DNA of 64,000 nt from an uncultured bacterium. Its GTDB lineage: Bacteria > Patescibacteriota > Patescibacteriia > SG8-24 > DYFX01. Both the position numbers and the translations under genes were made by a program. Numbering within the stretch: position 1 is the first letter of the stretch; every line of letters starts with the position of its first letter. The DNA lies in assembly GCA_937900255.1 (NCBI GenBank), contig CALCDZ010000003.1:63149-127148 (forward strand), given 5' to 3'. The notes below the pieces were generated by a model. The model did not search any database, was not told the origin of the DNA, and saw nothing but the letters and a program-made list of their open reading frames with translations. Below are positions 17,197 to 27,990 of this stretch, piece by piece.

Positions 17197-18471
17197 ATGT
17201 CCAGCCCCATCGTCCAGGCCATCCAGCAGATCAGCGAGGAAAAGAACATCTCGTACGAGGTCGTCGTCGAGACCATCGAGGCCGCGCTCGCCGCCGCCTT
17301 CCGCAAGGATTTCGGCAACAAGAACCAGAACCTCAAGGTGGAGTTCGACCCGGAGACCATGAAGATCCGCGTCTTCGACGAGAAGCTCGTGGTCGAGGAC
17401 CAGGAGCTCCCGACGGAAGAGGAGCTCGCCGCCCTCGAGGCCGCCCAGGCCGCCGGCGCCGCCGAGCCCGAACCGGAGCTCGACGCCGACGGCAATCCGA
17501 TCAAGCGCTTCAACCCCAAGCTCGAGATCATGCTGACGCCGGCCAAGGCCGTGAAGCCGGACGCCGAGCTCGGCGAGACGCTCCGGATGGAGCTCGAAGT
17601 CCCGGGCGAGTTCGGCCGCATGGCCGCCCAGACCGCCAAGCAGGTCATCATCCAGAAGATCCGCGAGGCCGAGCGCGAGAACGTCTTCGGCGAGTTCAAG
17701 GGCCGCGAAGGCGAGATCGTCGCCGCCACCGTCTCCCGCAAGGAAGGCCGCATGGTGCTGGTCGACCTCGGCCGCGTCATGGCCACCATGCCGCCGGAAG
17801 AGCAGATCCCCGGCGAGAACTACGCCACCGGCGTCCGCGTGAAGGTCTACCTCAGCTCGGTCACCATGACGACCCGCGGTCCGCTCATCGTCGTGAGCCG
17901 CGCCCACCCCGACATCGTCCGCAAGCTCTTCTCGACCGAGATCCCCGAGGTCGCGAGCGGCGCCGTCACGATCCATTCCGTCGCGCGCGAAGCCGGTTCC
18001 CGCTCGAAGGTGGCGGTCTCTTCGGCCGACGCCAACATCGACCCGATCGGTTCGTGCATCGGCCAGCGCGGCACGCGCATCCAGACGATCATCAGCGAGC
18101 TCGGCGGCGAGAAGGTCGACGTCATCCTCCACGACGAGGATGCGGCGGTCTTCATCGGCAAGGCGCTCGCGCCCGCCAAGGTGAAGTCCGTCATGCTCGA
18201 CGAAGCCAACCGCGTGGCCACGGTCCGCGCCGACGCCGACCAGCTTTCGCTCGCGATCGGCAAGGGCGGACAGAACGTCCGTCTCGCCTCGCGCCTGACG
18301 GGCTGGAAGATCAACGTCATGGACGTGAACGAGGGCGTCGTGAAGGAAGCGGCCGAACCGTCCGACGTCGCCGGCACGGACGCGCCGGACGCCATCGCCT
18401 CCGAAGTCGAAGAGGAGATGGAATCGCTCTCAAGGGGTACCGAGGTTCCGTCCGCCGAAAAAGGCGAGTAG
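17197..18471 (+). CDS. nusA: Transcription termination/antitermination factor NusA
   Basis: FGRMAAQTAKQVIIQKIREAER; S1 and KH domains (AREAGSRSKVAV, IGQRGTRI, LSLAIGKGGQNVRLA). Confidence 0.97.
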   Translation: MSSPIVQAIQQISEEKNISYEVVVETIEAALAAAFRKDFGNKNQNLKVEFDPETMKIRVFDEKLVVEDQELPTEEELAALEAAQAAGAAEPEPELDADGNPIKRFNPKLEIMLTPAKAVKPDAELGETLRMELEVPGEFGRMAAQTAKQVIIQKIREAERENVFGEFKGREGEIVAATVSRKEGRMVLVDLGRVMATMPPEEQIPGENYATGVRVKVYLSSVTMTTRGPLIVVSRAHPDIVRKLFSTEIPEVASGAVTIHSVAREAGSRSKVAVSSADANIDPIGSCIGQRGTRIQTIISELGGEKVDVILHDEDAAVFIGKALAPAKVKSVMLDEANRVATVRADADQLSLAIGKGGQNVRLASRLTGWKINVMDVNEGVVKEAAEPSDVAGTDAPDAIASEVEEEMESLSRGTEVPSAEKGE

Positions 18472-18504
18472 ACTGAAGGAATCACCTAACCGCAAACGCC
18501 CCCC

Positions 18505-19209
18505 ATGCTTGCCATCTATCAGGCCCTTCTCTACCAGCCGATCCTGAACCTGTCGGTCGGATTGTACGACGTGCTGTTCCATGACTTCGGCCTGGCGATC
18601 GTCGCCCTGGTCGTCCTCGTGCGCGGCGCGCTCTGGCCGCTCACGCACCGCAGCCTCCAGAACCAGAAGGCGATGATGGAACTCCAGCCGAAGATCAAGG
18701 CGACGCAGGAGAAGTTCAAGGACGACAAGGAAGCGCAGGCCAAGGCCATGATGGCGCTCTACTCCGAGAACAAGGTCAGCCCGTTCTCTTCCTGCCTGCC
18801 GCTCCTGATCCAGCTGCCGCTCTTCATCGCGCTCTACCGCGTGCTCTCGGCCGGCCTCAAGTCCGAGCACCTCAACCTGCTCTACGGCTTCGTGCCGAAC
18901 CCCGGCACCATCTCGACCATGGCGTTCGGTTTCCTCGACCTCTCCAAGGCGAGCATCGCGGTGGCCGTCCTGGCCGCCGGCGCCCAGTTCCTGCAGGCGC
19001 GCATGATGATGCGCAAGGAACCGGCCGTCCATGCCGAGGGCAGCAAGGACGAGGACACGATGGCGATGATGAACAAGCAGATGATGTACATGATGCCGGC
19101 CATGACGCTCTTCATCGGCTGGAAGCTCCCGGCGGGGCTCACCCTCTACTGGCTGCTCACCAACCTGGCGATGGTCGCCCAGCAGAAGATCGCGTTCAAG
19201 AAGAAATGA
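18505..19209 (+). CDS. yidC: Membrane protein insertase YidC/Oxa1 family (short form)
   Basis: MMELQPKIK, SCLPLLIQLPLFIALY, LPAGLTLYW. Confidence 0.93.
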   Translation: MLAIYQALLYQPILNLSVGLYDVLFHDFGLAIVALVVLVRGALWPLTHRSLQNQKAMMELQPKIKATQEKFKDDKEAQAKAMMALYSENKVSPFSSCLPLLIQLPLFIALYRVLSAGLKSEHLNLLYGFVPNPGTISTMAFGFLDLSKASIAVAVLAAGAQFLQARMMMRKEPAVHAEGSKDEDTMAMMNKQMMYMMPAMTLFIGWKLPAGLTLYWLLTNLAMVAQQKIAFKKK

Positions 19210-19347
19210 ACGGAACAAGACGCCTCGCGATTGCGGGGTGTTTTCGTTCGTATGCCTCTGTTGATAAATTGCGTTGACCCCCCCCTGCAAAATATCCGTA
19301 TCCTAAAGGCGGCTCTTTGAACAAAGGACGAGCCAGAAAGGTACGAG

Positions 19348-20193
19348 ATGCGTTTCTTCATGGTACTGGCGATCGTGATTTGCAGCGGGGCGATGACGGC
19401 ATGCGGCACCGAGGACGAGACCGAGACGCCGACCGCGGCGTTAGTGTCTTCGGCCCTGGACACGGCGCACACGCGCGTGATCCAAGAGTGTTCGCAGGCG
19501 ATGTCCGGCAGCTGGTGGACGTACAACGAGACGAACTGGCCTGCGACGACCACGTACGGGACGTACGCCTACATCTCCAGCGACCTAGGTGCGTGGGGAA
19601 GGCTGCTTGATAGCACCTATGGTTGCACGACCAACACCAGCGGCAGTTGCATCACTCCCTGGACCAGGGGATGGTGGACATCCTGCCGATCGAACACCTC
19701 GGTCCAAAACTTCACGCCTTGTAGCGAAACATATGGTGATCTGGATGCCGCAAGTCAATTCGACTGCCAGGGCAGCTGTGCCAGCGGCATCAAGCATCGC
19801 GGCGGCCAATGCAAACCGTTCATGAACTTGGTGGCATACCGTTCCGGTCTGTACCAAAATTCCGGCAATGCATGGAAATCTTTCCCAAGCGATGCCGCAA
19901 TCGCAGGCAGTGATCCCAACGGCACGCTCATGCCCAAGGCGACATGGTCGAACATCGTCGAAGGCGACTATCTGCGGCGGCCGAAAACGGCAACCGTTTT
20001 GGATCCTCACGCAACGATTGTCGTCCGGAAGATCGACAGTGCACATGTCGTTGTCGTGGACTCCAATTGGGTCAATGGCGGCGATGGAAACGAAACCATC
20101 GGATCCCACGTAATGGGATTCACGGGAACCGGAGCTATCTCCGACCTCGGATCATATCGCGTCCTCAGGTGCGTCTATACTGGCGGTTGTTAG
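19348..20193 (+). CDS. Lipoprotein with CHAP/NlpC-P60-like C-terminal domain
   Basis: Lipobox MTAC; GGQCKPF, GDYL, PHATIVV, VVVDSNW pattern; visibly lower GC. Confidence 0.6.
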   Translation: MRFFMVLAIVICSGAMTACGTEDETETPTAALVSSALDTAHTRVIQECSQAMSGSWWTYNETNWPATTTYGTYAYISSDLGAWGRLLDSTYGCTTNTSGSCITPWTRGWWTSCRSNTSVQNFTPCSETYGDLDAASQFDCQGSCASGIKHRGGQCKPFMNLVAYRSGLYQNSGNAWKSFPSDAAIAGSDPNGTLMPKATWSNIVEGDYLRRPKTATVLDPHATIVVRKIDSAHVVVVDSNWVNGGDGNETIGSHVMGFTGTGAISDLGSYRVLRCVYTGGC

Positions 20194-20205
20194 ATCGTGC
20201 GTGCA

Positions 20206-20239
20206 ATGGCGGGGAGGGCGCACCTCCCCGCCGCTATTT
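20206..20239 (+). terminator. Intrinsic terminator
   Basis: GGCGGGGAGG-GCGCA-CCTCCCCGCC hairpin. Confidence 0.55.
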
Positions 20240-20291
20240 ACTCTGATGATTTCACGAGTTAAACTCGCTCCAATCAATTCGCACACCATAT

Positions 20292-21011
20292 ATGAAGAAA
20301 AACATGAAAATCTGGGTTGTGGCAATCCCGATTGTCGTGGCCGCCGTGTTTGTATACGTCCTTGCTGTTGGACCAAGACATGCGCCACCTTCGCCTGTTG
20401 TCACTAAGGTTGGCCCGCTGCCTGCCGGATCATTGGTCGATTTGTCCAACATCATCTACGATGCCAAGACGACCGTTCCTGGCACGGAGGTGACTTTTTC
20501 CTATCCGAAGCAAGGGTATTACGGGAGAGGGGTGCAGTTGCTAAATAATCCTTGGACATCCGACTTGCCTGCTGGTAGCGCTTCGTTTCCGGAAATCGAA
20601 AGCCTGTATCTCACATCACTTCATGACGAGATTTATCATCCGCAACAAATCAGCATTCGAGTGTTCAGGCTCGACGCCGCGACGAGCATCGATCAAATTT
20701 TAAGCGCGTTGGGAATGCCCGGGCCGTATTACCCCGTCCCCGGACGTTTCGAGTCCATCAACGGCAAGCGCTATTACCTACAGCCGGGCAAGACGTCTGG
20801 TCTCAACCCATATACTATCTATGGATATGAGGCATACACGATCATGGGCGATCGGTTACTCGTCGTGAGCTTCAATGGAGGTTTTGACGGAAGCGACACC
20901 GCCAAGACCCCGGATCTCGTCGTCCAATTCCTTTCCCGCCTGGACTTCACCTGTAAGTCGGATTGCTCCAGCAATTCAGCCCCAATCGAAATGACAAAGA
21001 GTGAGCAGTAA
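20292..21011 (+). CDS. Exported/membrane-anchored hypothetical protein
   Basis: N-terminal TM; TFSYPK motif; AT-richer codon usage. Confidence 0.65.
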   Translation: MKKNMKIWVVAIPIVVAAVFVYVLAVGPRHAPPSPVVTKVGPLPAGSLVDLSNIIYDAKTTVPGTEVTFSYPKQGYYGRGVQLLNNPWTSDLPAGSASFPEIESLYLTSLHDEIYHPQQISIRVFRLDAATSIDQILSALGMPGPYYPVPGRFESINGKRYYLQPGKTSGLNPYTIYGYEAYTIMGDRLLVVSFNGGFDGSDTAKTPDLVVQFLSRLDFTCKSDCSSNSAPIEMTKSEQ

Positions 21012-21103
21012 TCCGAGGTAATATGCCCACCCATGACCGCCCAGAAAAGGGCGGTTTCTTTTCCCCAAGCTTTTCCGCTGGGAGAGAGGTAGAATGCCAC
21101 CGT

Positions 21104-21397
21104 ATGGCCATCCTCGACTCCAAGACGCTGTTGAAACTTCCCGTCCATGCCAAGAGCGGTGCTCTCCTCGGCAAGGTGGCCGGTTTCGATTTCGATGTCG
21201 AGACGCACGGCATCCTCCGCTACCGCGTCCAGCCGAAGGGGCTGGCGTCCGGCATGCTCGCTTCGCCGCTCCTCGTGGCCCGCGAGCAAGTGCTCTCGAT
21301 CGATGCCGAGAAGATGGTCGTGGATGACGCCGTCGAGAAGGAGATGGAACTGGCCAAGGCCAAGGCGATCGGATTGATCAGCGAAGCCAGGGCATGA
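21104..21397 (+). CDS. PRC-barrel domain protein
   Basis: LPVHAKSGALLGKVAGFDFD...QVLSIDAEKMVVDD; TAGAAT -10 8 nt upstream. Confidence 0.75.
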   Translation: MAILDSKTLLKLPVHAKSGALLGKVAGFDFDVETHGILRYRVQPKGLASGMLASPLLVAREQVLSIDAEKMVVDDAVEKEMELAKAKAIGLISEARA

Positions 21398-22377
21398 ATC
21401 GTCTCCAAGAGCGCGTCCTCGCCCCGCTCGCGTATTACGATGCCTTCGACGTCCCGTTGACGTCGCAGGAGGTCTTCTTGGCGCTGCCGTCCGCGGAGGG
21501 TCCGCGCCCTTCTTTCGAGGAGATCGAACGCGCCCTTTCCGATGCCGCGCGCGCCGGACGGATCGCGTCGTCCGACGGCTTCCATTTCCTGCCGGGGCGC
21601 GATTCCTTGGTGGCGATCCGCCGGGCTCGGTACGCGCTGGCCGAAGGCAAGTACGCGCGGGTGCGGCGCTTCCTCTCGATCGCCAGGCATGCGCCGTTCC
21701 TGCGTGCGGCTTTCGTCTGCAATACCTTGGCCCGTTCCTACGCCCGCCCCGAGAGCGACATCGACCTGTTCCTCGTGACCGCGCCGGGCCGCATCTGGCT
21801 CGCGCGACTGTTCGTGACCGGTCTCGCGGCCCTCCTCCGCGTCCGGCCGACGGAAGCCGTTTCGGCCGACCGCATCTGCCTGAGCTTCTTCGTCACGACC
21901 GAAGCGCTTGATTTGAAGCCGCTCGCCATCGAAGACGATGTCTATCTCGCGCACTGGGTGCAGGAGCTGTTTCCCGTCTATGACGAAGCGGGAATCGTGC
22001 GGCGCTCGTTCGTCGAGAACGGCTGGTTGCGAGGCGCCCTGCCCGAGACGCGCATGCAGCTTCCGCTGCCCCGCCGCTCGGTCCGTCCCGTCGTGCTGCC
22101 GATGAAGCGCGGGCTGGAGCGCCTGCTTGATGCCGTCTTCGGCGACCGTCTCGAACGCTGGTCCGAGCGGCGGCAGCTCGCCTGGATGCCGGCAGGACTC
22201 AAGGCCGCTGCGGCGACGCCTGCTCCCGACGTCGTGCTGAACGACCGCGTCCTCAAGTTCCACGACCATGACCGCCGCGCGGAGATCCGCGACGCATACC
22301 GTGAAAAGCTGCGGAGCCTCGTTTCCTCCCCGACTCATGAACCCGATCTCGAACATGCGCTTCGCGCTTTGGCGTGA
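21394..22377 (+). CDS. Nucleotidyltransferase-domain protein with N-terminal wHTH-like region
   Basis: Pol-beta-type NTLA...ESDIDLFLV motif; DRICLSFFV; ATGA overlap with the upstream gene. Confidence 0.75.
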   Translation: MNRLQERVLAPLAYYDAFDVPLTSQEVFLALPSAEGPRPSFEEIERALSDAARAGRIASSDGFHFLPGRDSLVAIRRARYALAEGKYARVRRFLSIARHAPFLRAAFVCNTLARSYARPESDIDLFLVTAPGRIWLARLFVTGLAALLRVRPTEAVSADRICLSFFVTTEALDLKPLAIEDDVYLAHWVQELFPVYDEAGIVRRSFVENGWLRGALPETRMQLPLPRRSVRPVVLPMKRGLERLLDAVFGDRLERWSERRQLAWMPAGLKAAAATPAPDVVLNDRVLKFHDHDRRAEIRDAYREKLRSLVSSPTHEPDLEHALRALA

Positions 22378-23659
22378 CCGGCTCGCGCTCCTCATCCTTG
22401 CGCTCCTGCCTTGGCAGGCGCGCTACATTCGCCAGACCGCCGCGCTCTACGGCGCGCCGTGGGAGCAGGGGACGGCTTCGGTCTTCGCGCTGGAGGTGCT
22501 CCTGCTGCTCGCGCTCGGCTGCCATTTCCTGGCGGCCGTTTCGCGCCGTGAACCGAAGAAGGCCGGCGCGCCGCTCTGGCTGCAGGTCTCGGCGCTCCTG
22601 CCGATCTACGCCTTCGTGTCCGTCGCCTGGGCATACGACACGATCGGCGCACTCTACGGCGCCATCCATCTCTTTGAAGGCTATGCGCTCGCCTACCTGT
22701 TGTGGGTCTCCGGCGTCAGCCTAGCGTCGGCGCTCGCTGCCTTGATCGCCGGGGCGGCGGCCTCCTGTGCGCTCGGTCTCTGGCAATTCTTCACGCAATC
22801 GTCATTCGCTTCGACGCTCCTCGGTATCGCGTCGCATCCTGCCGCCGAAGCGGGAACATCCGTGGTCGAGACGGGCGCGGGGCGCTTCCTGCGGGCCTAC
22901 GGCAGCCTTCCGCACCCGAACATCCTGGGCGGGTACGTCGCCGCCGGACTGCTGGCGGCCTTGGCCCTGGCGTCCGAAGCGCGGCGTTTCCGGAAAGCGC
23001 TGCTTGCCGCCGCCGTCGTCCTTGGCGCCGGACTGGCCGCTTCCTTTTCTCGCTCGGCATGGCTGGCTTTCGCGACGGCGATCGCTGCCGCCGCGGCCTT
23101 CCCGCGGGTGACCTCGAACCGGAGCGCCTGGTTCCGTCTCCTGCCCGTCCTCGCCGCCGTCGCATCCGGCATCCTGCTCGTCGCTTTTTCCGCTACGCCG
23201 ATCTTCGCCACGCGGCTCTCCGCGCACGGACGGCTCGAAACGAAGTCCATCGATGAGCGTTCGACGAGCGTCCGCCAAGGCTTCGGGATGCTTGAGCGCC
23301 ACTTCGAGATCGGCACGGGCATCGGCAATTACCTCCCGACCTTCTTCCTCACGGCCGACCGTTCGTTGGATCCCTTCCGCGTCCAGCCCCCACATTTCGT
23401 CCCGTTCCTTGTCGGCGCCGAACTCGGGTTCTTCGGCCTGGCCGTCCTCCTCGGTTTCGTCGCATCGTGGTGGGTGGGAACCCTCTGGATCATGCGGCGG
23501 ACGTCCTCGCCGATGTCGGCCTGGACGGCGGTACTCCCGGTCGTCGTCATCGTCGCTTCGTGTTTCGATCACTATCCGTTCGACCTTTTCGCCGGCACGA
23601 TGCTGACCGGCGCGCTGTTCGGGCTTTCCCTGAAGGCGGGGGAGCGGTCGGAGGCTTGA
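22337..23659 (+). CDS. O-antigen ligase / O-oligosaccharyltransferase family membrane protein
   Basis: ~12 TM; RAYGSLPHPNILGGY, SFSRSAW, GTGIGNY, PHFVPFLVGAELG. Confidence 0.85.
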   Translation: MNPISNMRFALWRDRLALLILALLPWQARYIRQTAALYGAPWEQGTASVFALEVLLLLALGCHFLAAVSRREPKKAGAPLWLQVSALLPIYAFVSVAWAYDTIGALYGAIHLFEGYALAYLLWVSGVSLASALAALIAGAAASCALGLWQFFTQSSFASTLLGIASHPAAEAGTSVVETGAGRFLRAYGSLPHPNILGGYVAAGLLAALALASEARRFRKALLAAAVVLGAGLAASFSRSAWLAFATAIAAAAAFPRVTSNRSAWFRLLPVLAAVASGILLVAFSATPIFATRLSAHGRLETKSIDERSTSVRQGFGMLERHFEIGTGIGNYLPTFFLTADRSLDPFRVQPPHFVPFLVGAELGFFGLAVLLGFVASWWVGTLWIMRRTSSPMSAWTAVLPVVVIVASCFDHYPFDLFAGTMLTGALFGLSLKAGERSEA

Positions 23660-23721
23660 CATTCCGGCTTTTTCGGTCCATGCTGCAGTCGCGCCGGTAT
23701 CCTTCCGGCCAGGAGGTACGC

Positions 23722-24336
23722 ATGTCCCTGAGCGTCCGTCTTCTCAACGCAGTTTGCGCCACCGCGCTCGTCATCTTCATCGGCTGCGGCGTCTGTCTCT
23801 CGTACGTCGCGCCGAACGAAAGCGTCGTCCGCGATTGCGACGGCGACCTGTCCGTCTGGCGCGCGCCGGAGGATGGCGGCTTCAAGTGGGATGGCCTATG
23901 CCGTACCGCGACCTATGAGGATGATGACTACGTCGGCTTCCGGGAGGAGGTCTCGGTCGAGGGGCAAGTCGTGACCCTCCGCGGGCACTACGTCGTCCAT
24001 TTCCCGCAGGACGCCGACGACATCGCTTCCATCCACCGCATCTATCATGGAGACAGCCGCGCCGCGCTCCGGGAGATCGGATCCGATGTCATGACGGAAA
24101 TCTTGGCGGTCGCCCAGGACCCGTCCTGGCGGCATCTGAGCGGCGGCGTCATCCGCCGGAGCGCCAAGGAGGCCTTGGAATACGGCGTACACCGCCTTTC
24201 GCCCACAGGCGACATCTGGTTGTCGCCGGAGAGCAAGCGCGCGCTGGGAGCCGCGATCCAGGGCCGCCTCGACGGCCATTTGTGGCCGCCTGGCGTCTCG
24301 GTTACCGTCCGACTCGGTTTCGTCACGGAGCGCTGA
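23722..24336 (+). CDS. Membrane-anchored hypothetical protein, possibly a divergent SPFH/band-7 domain
   Basis: AGGAGG SD; TTGACA-17-CATGCT promoter at 23656-23684; TM followed by YVAPNESVV. Confidence 0.55.
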   Translation: MSLSVRLLNAVCATALVIFIGCGVCLSYVAPNESVVRDCDGDLSVWRAPEDGGFKWDGLCRTATYEDDDYVGFREEVSVEGQVVTLRGHYVVHFPQDADDIASIHRIYHGDSRAALREIGSDVMTEILAVAQDPSWRHLSGGVIRRSAKEALEYGVHRLSPTGDIWLSPESKRALGAAIQGRLDGHLWPPGVSVTVRLGFVTER

Positions 24337-24374
24337 AGCGCTCTTTTTTGTCGATAAGAAAAACGCCGCCTTGT

Positions 24375-24719
24375 TCAGACGACGAAGACGAACTGCAGGA
24401 CTGAGAAAGTGATCGTCCAGAGCATCATGAGGAACGCGACGAACGCGCGGAACAGGGCGGACTTCTTTTCGACCGCATCTTCCATCATGATGAAGAACAC
24501 GATGATGTTCCCCACCCCATAGATGCACAGCAGGCCGCCGATGACGACATGGATCTCGCGTGCCGGGGTGCCCGCCACGTTCAGGGCGCCCATGCAGACG
24601 TTGAACGCGCTGAAGATCAGGAGTACTGCCTTTTTCAGCGATGACTTGTTGCCCGTCAGCGCCTCGATCAGGGCCATGGATGCGATCACGAAGAACAGGA
24701 CGGAGACGGCGACGGTCAT
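24375..24719 (-). CDS. Small 4-TM membrane protein
   Basis: AAGGAG SD upstream of ATG 24719; four hydrophobic helices. Confidence 0.65.
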   Translation of the reverse strand: MTVAVSVLFFVIASMALIEALTGNKSSLKKAVLLIFSAFNVCMGALNVAGTPAREIHVVIGGLLCIYGVGNIIVFFIMMEDAVEKKSALFRAFVAFLMMLWTITFSVLQFVFVV

Positions 24720-24797
24720 GAGGAGCTCCTTTGGACGTTGAAGAACTGACGTGACGATAGGGGAATATGCCCGAATCGTCAAGTCCACAGAGGATAT

Positions 24798-24826
24798 TTG
24801 ACAGGAAAAACAGGCCCTCCTACAAT
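24798..24826 (+). promoter_or_regulatory. groESL sigma70 promoter
   Basis: TTGACA-17 nt-TACAAT. Confidence 0.85.
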
Positions 24827-24830
24827 GCGG

Positions 24831-24857
24831 CTGGCACTCGTTGATTTAGAGTGCTAG
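24831..24857 (+). promoter_or_regulatory. CIRCE element (HrcA operator)
   Basis: CTGGCACTC-N9-GAGTGCTAG versus consensus TTAGCACTC-N9-GAGTGCTAA, directly upstream of groES. Confidence 0.88.
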
Positions 24858-24893
24858 GATAGTTCCGCGCCTACTCTTAATGCATCACACGGT

Positions 24894-26865
<1,972 letters not shown>

Positions 26866-26876
26866 TGAGAGCAGCG

Positions 26877-26899
26877 AAACCGGCCGCAAGGCCGGTTTT
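26877..26899 (+). terminator. groEL terminator
   Basis: AAACCGGCC-GCAA-GGCCGGTTT. Confidence 0.75.
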
Positions 26900-26940
26900 G
26901 GTATCCCGCGTGAGCTGAAGCATGCTATGCTGAGGATGCT

Positions 26941-27615
26941 ATGCGCTTCACCAAACCTTTCCTTCTCTCCGGCCTGCTCGCCGCCGCCATCATCGGCGGT
27001 CTCGTGCTGTACGGGATGAACCGTCGCCTGCCCGTTCCTCCGCCACCGGTACCGAATGAGCCTGTGCCGGAGGCGGTCGAGCATCCGCCGAAGACGTATA
27101 TGAACACGTCGATCGGCTTCACGGTCGAGTATCCGGTCGTCCTGGTCCCCACCGAAGACCGTCAGCAGATGGCGGCGTCCGGATATCTGCCCGTCTGCGA
27201 CCCCGAAACGGCCGTCGTCTGCTTCCCATATGCCAAGAGCCTGTTTCCTGGCACGGACTTCGAGGGTGCGGCTTTCTCGGTCCATGCGTTGCCGAAACTC
27301 AAGACTGCGGCGAAGTGCGATATCGTCGGCAACGGGGAACGGGCGGACGGGTCGGTCGTCATGGGAGGGCTGACATACAAGAAATTCGCCTTCGGCGATG
27401 CCGCCATGGGGCATCGGCTGTCAGGCGAGAATTATCGGCTGTTCCGCAAAGGCGCCTGCATCCAGCTCACGACGGCGATCTTCACGAGCGCCTTCGAGAA
27501 CTATCCCTCCGGCACGCTGGAACGTTTCAAGGATACCGACCGCCGGGCCATCCAGGACATCCTGGACGGGATGCTCGGGAGCTTCCGTTTCACGGAAGAC
27601 GCCGCCCTGCGCTGA
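26941..27615 (+). CDS. Membrane-anchored exported hypothetical protein
   Basis: N-terminal TM, Pro linker, YMNTSIGFTVEYP, paired Cys, C-terminal MLGSFRF. Confidence 0.7.
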   Translation: MRFTKPFLLSGLLAAAIIGGLVLYGMNRRLPVPPPPVPNEPVPEAVEHPPKTYMNTSIGFTVEYPVVLVPTEDRQQMAASGYLPVCDPETAVVCFPYAKSLFPGTDFEGAAFSVHALPKLKTAAKCDIVGNGERADGSVVMGGLTYKKFAFGDAAMGHRLSGENYRLFRKGACIQLTTAIFTSAFENYPSGTLERFKDTDRRAIQDILDGMLGSFRFTEDAALR

Positions 27616-27658
27616 ACCCACTTGAAAAAAGTCTCCGAAAATGGTAGACTTTTTTCAT

Positions 27659-27973
27659 ATGGAACAAGAGACCAAGCCTGAAGGCGGGAACGAGGACTAC
27701 CGCGTGACGGCCGCGTTGGCCTACGTCCTCCTGCTGTTCTTCATCCCCATGGCAAAGAAGGACAGCCCGTTCTGCCAGTTCCACGCCAAGCAGGGCATCG
27801 TGCTGTTCGTGGTCTGGATCGTCGTCTCGCTCCTGGCCTGGATCCCGATCATCGGCTGGGCCGCCTGGCTCTCGATGCTGATCCTGAACGTCATGGTCAT
27901 CGTGAAGACCCTGAACGGCGAGATGTGGGAGATCCCGTATATGGGGAAGTACGCGAAGCAGATCAAGCTTTAA
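27659..27973 (+). CDS. DUF4870/Tic20-like small membrane protein
   Basis: AALAY...FCQFHAKQG...WEIPYMG; TTGAAA-17-TAGACT promoter at 27622-27650. Confidence 0.8.
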   Translation: MEQETKPEGGNEDYRVTAALAYVLLLFFIPMAKKDSPFCQFHAKQGIVLFVVWIVVSLLAWIPIIGWAAWLSMLILNVMVIVKTLNGEMWEIPYMGKYAKQIKL

Positions 27974-27990
27974 GCCGATCACGACATCGT

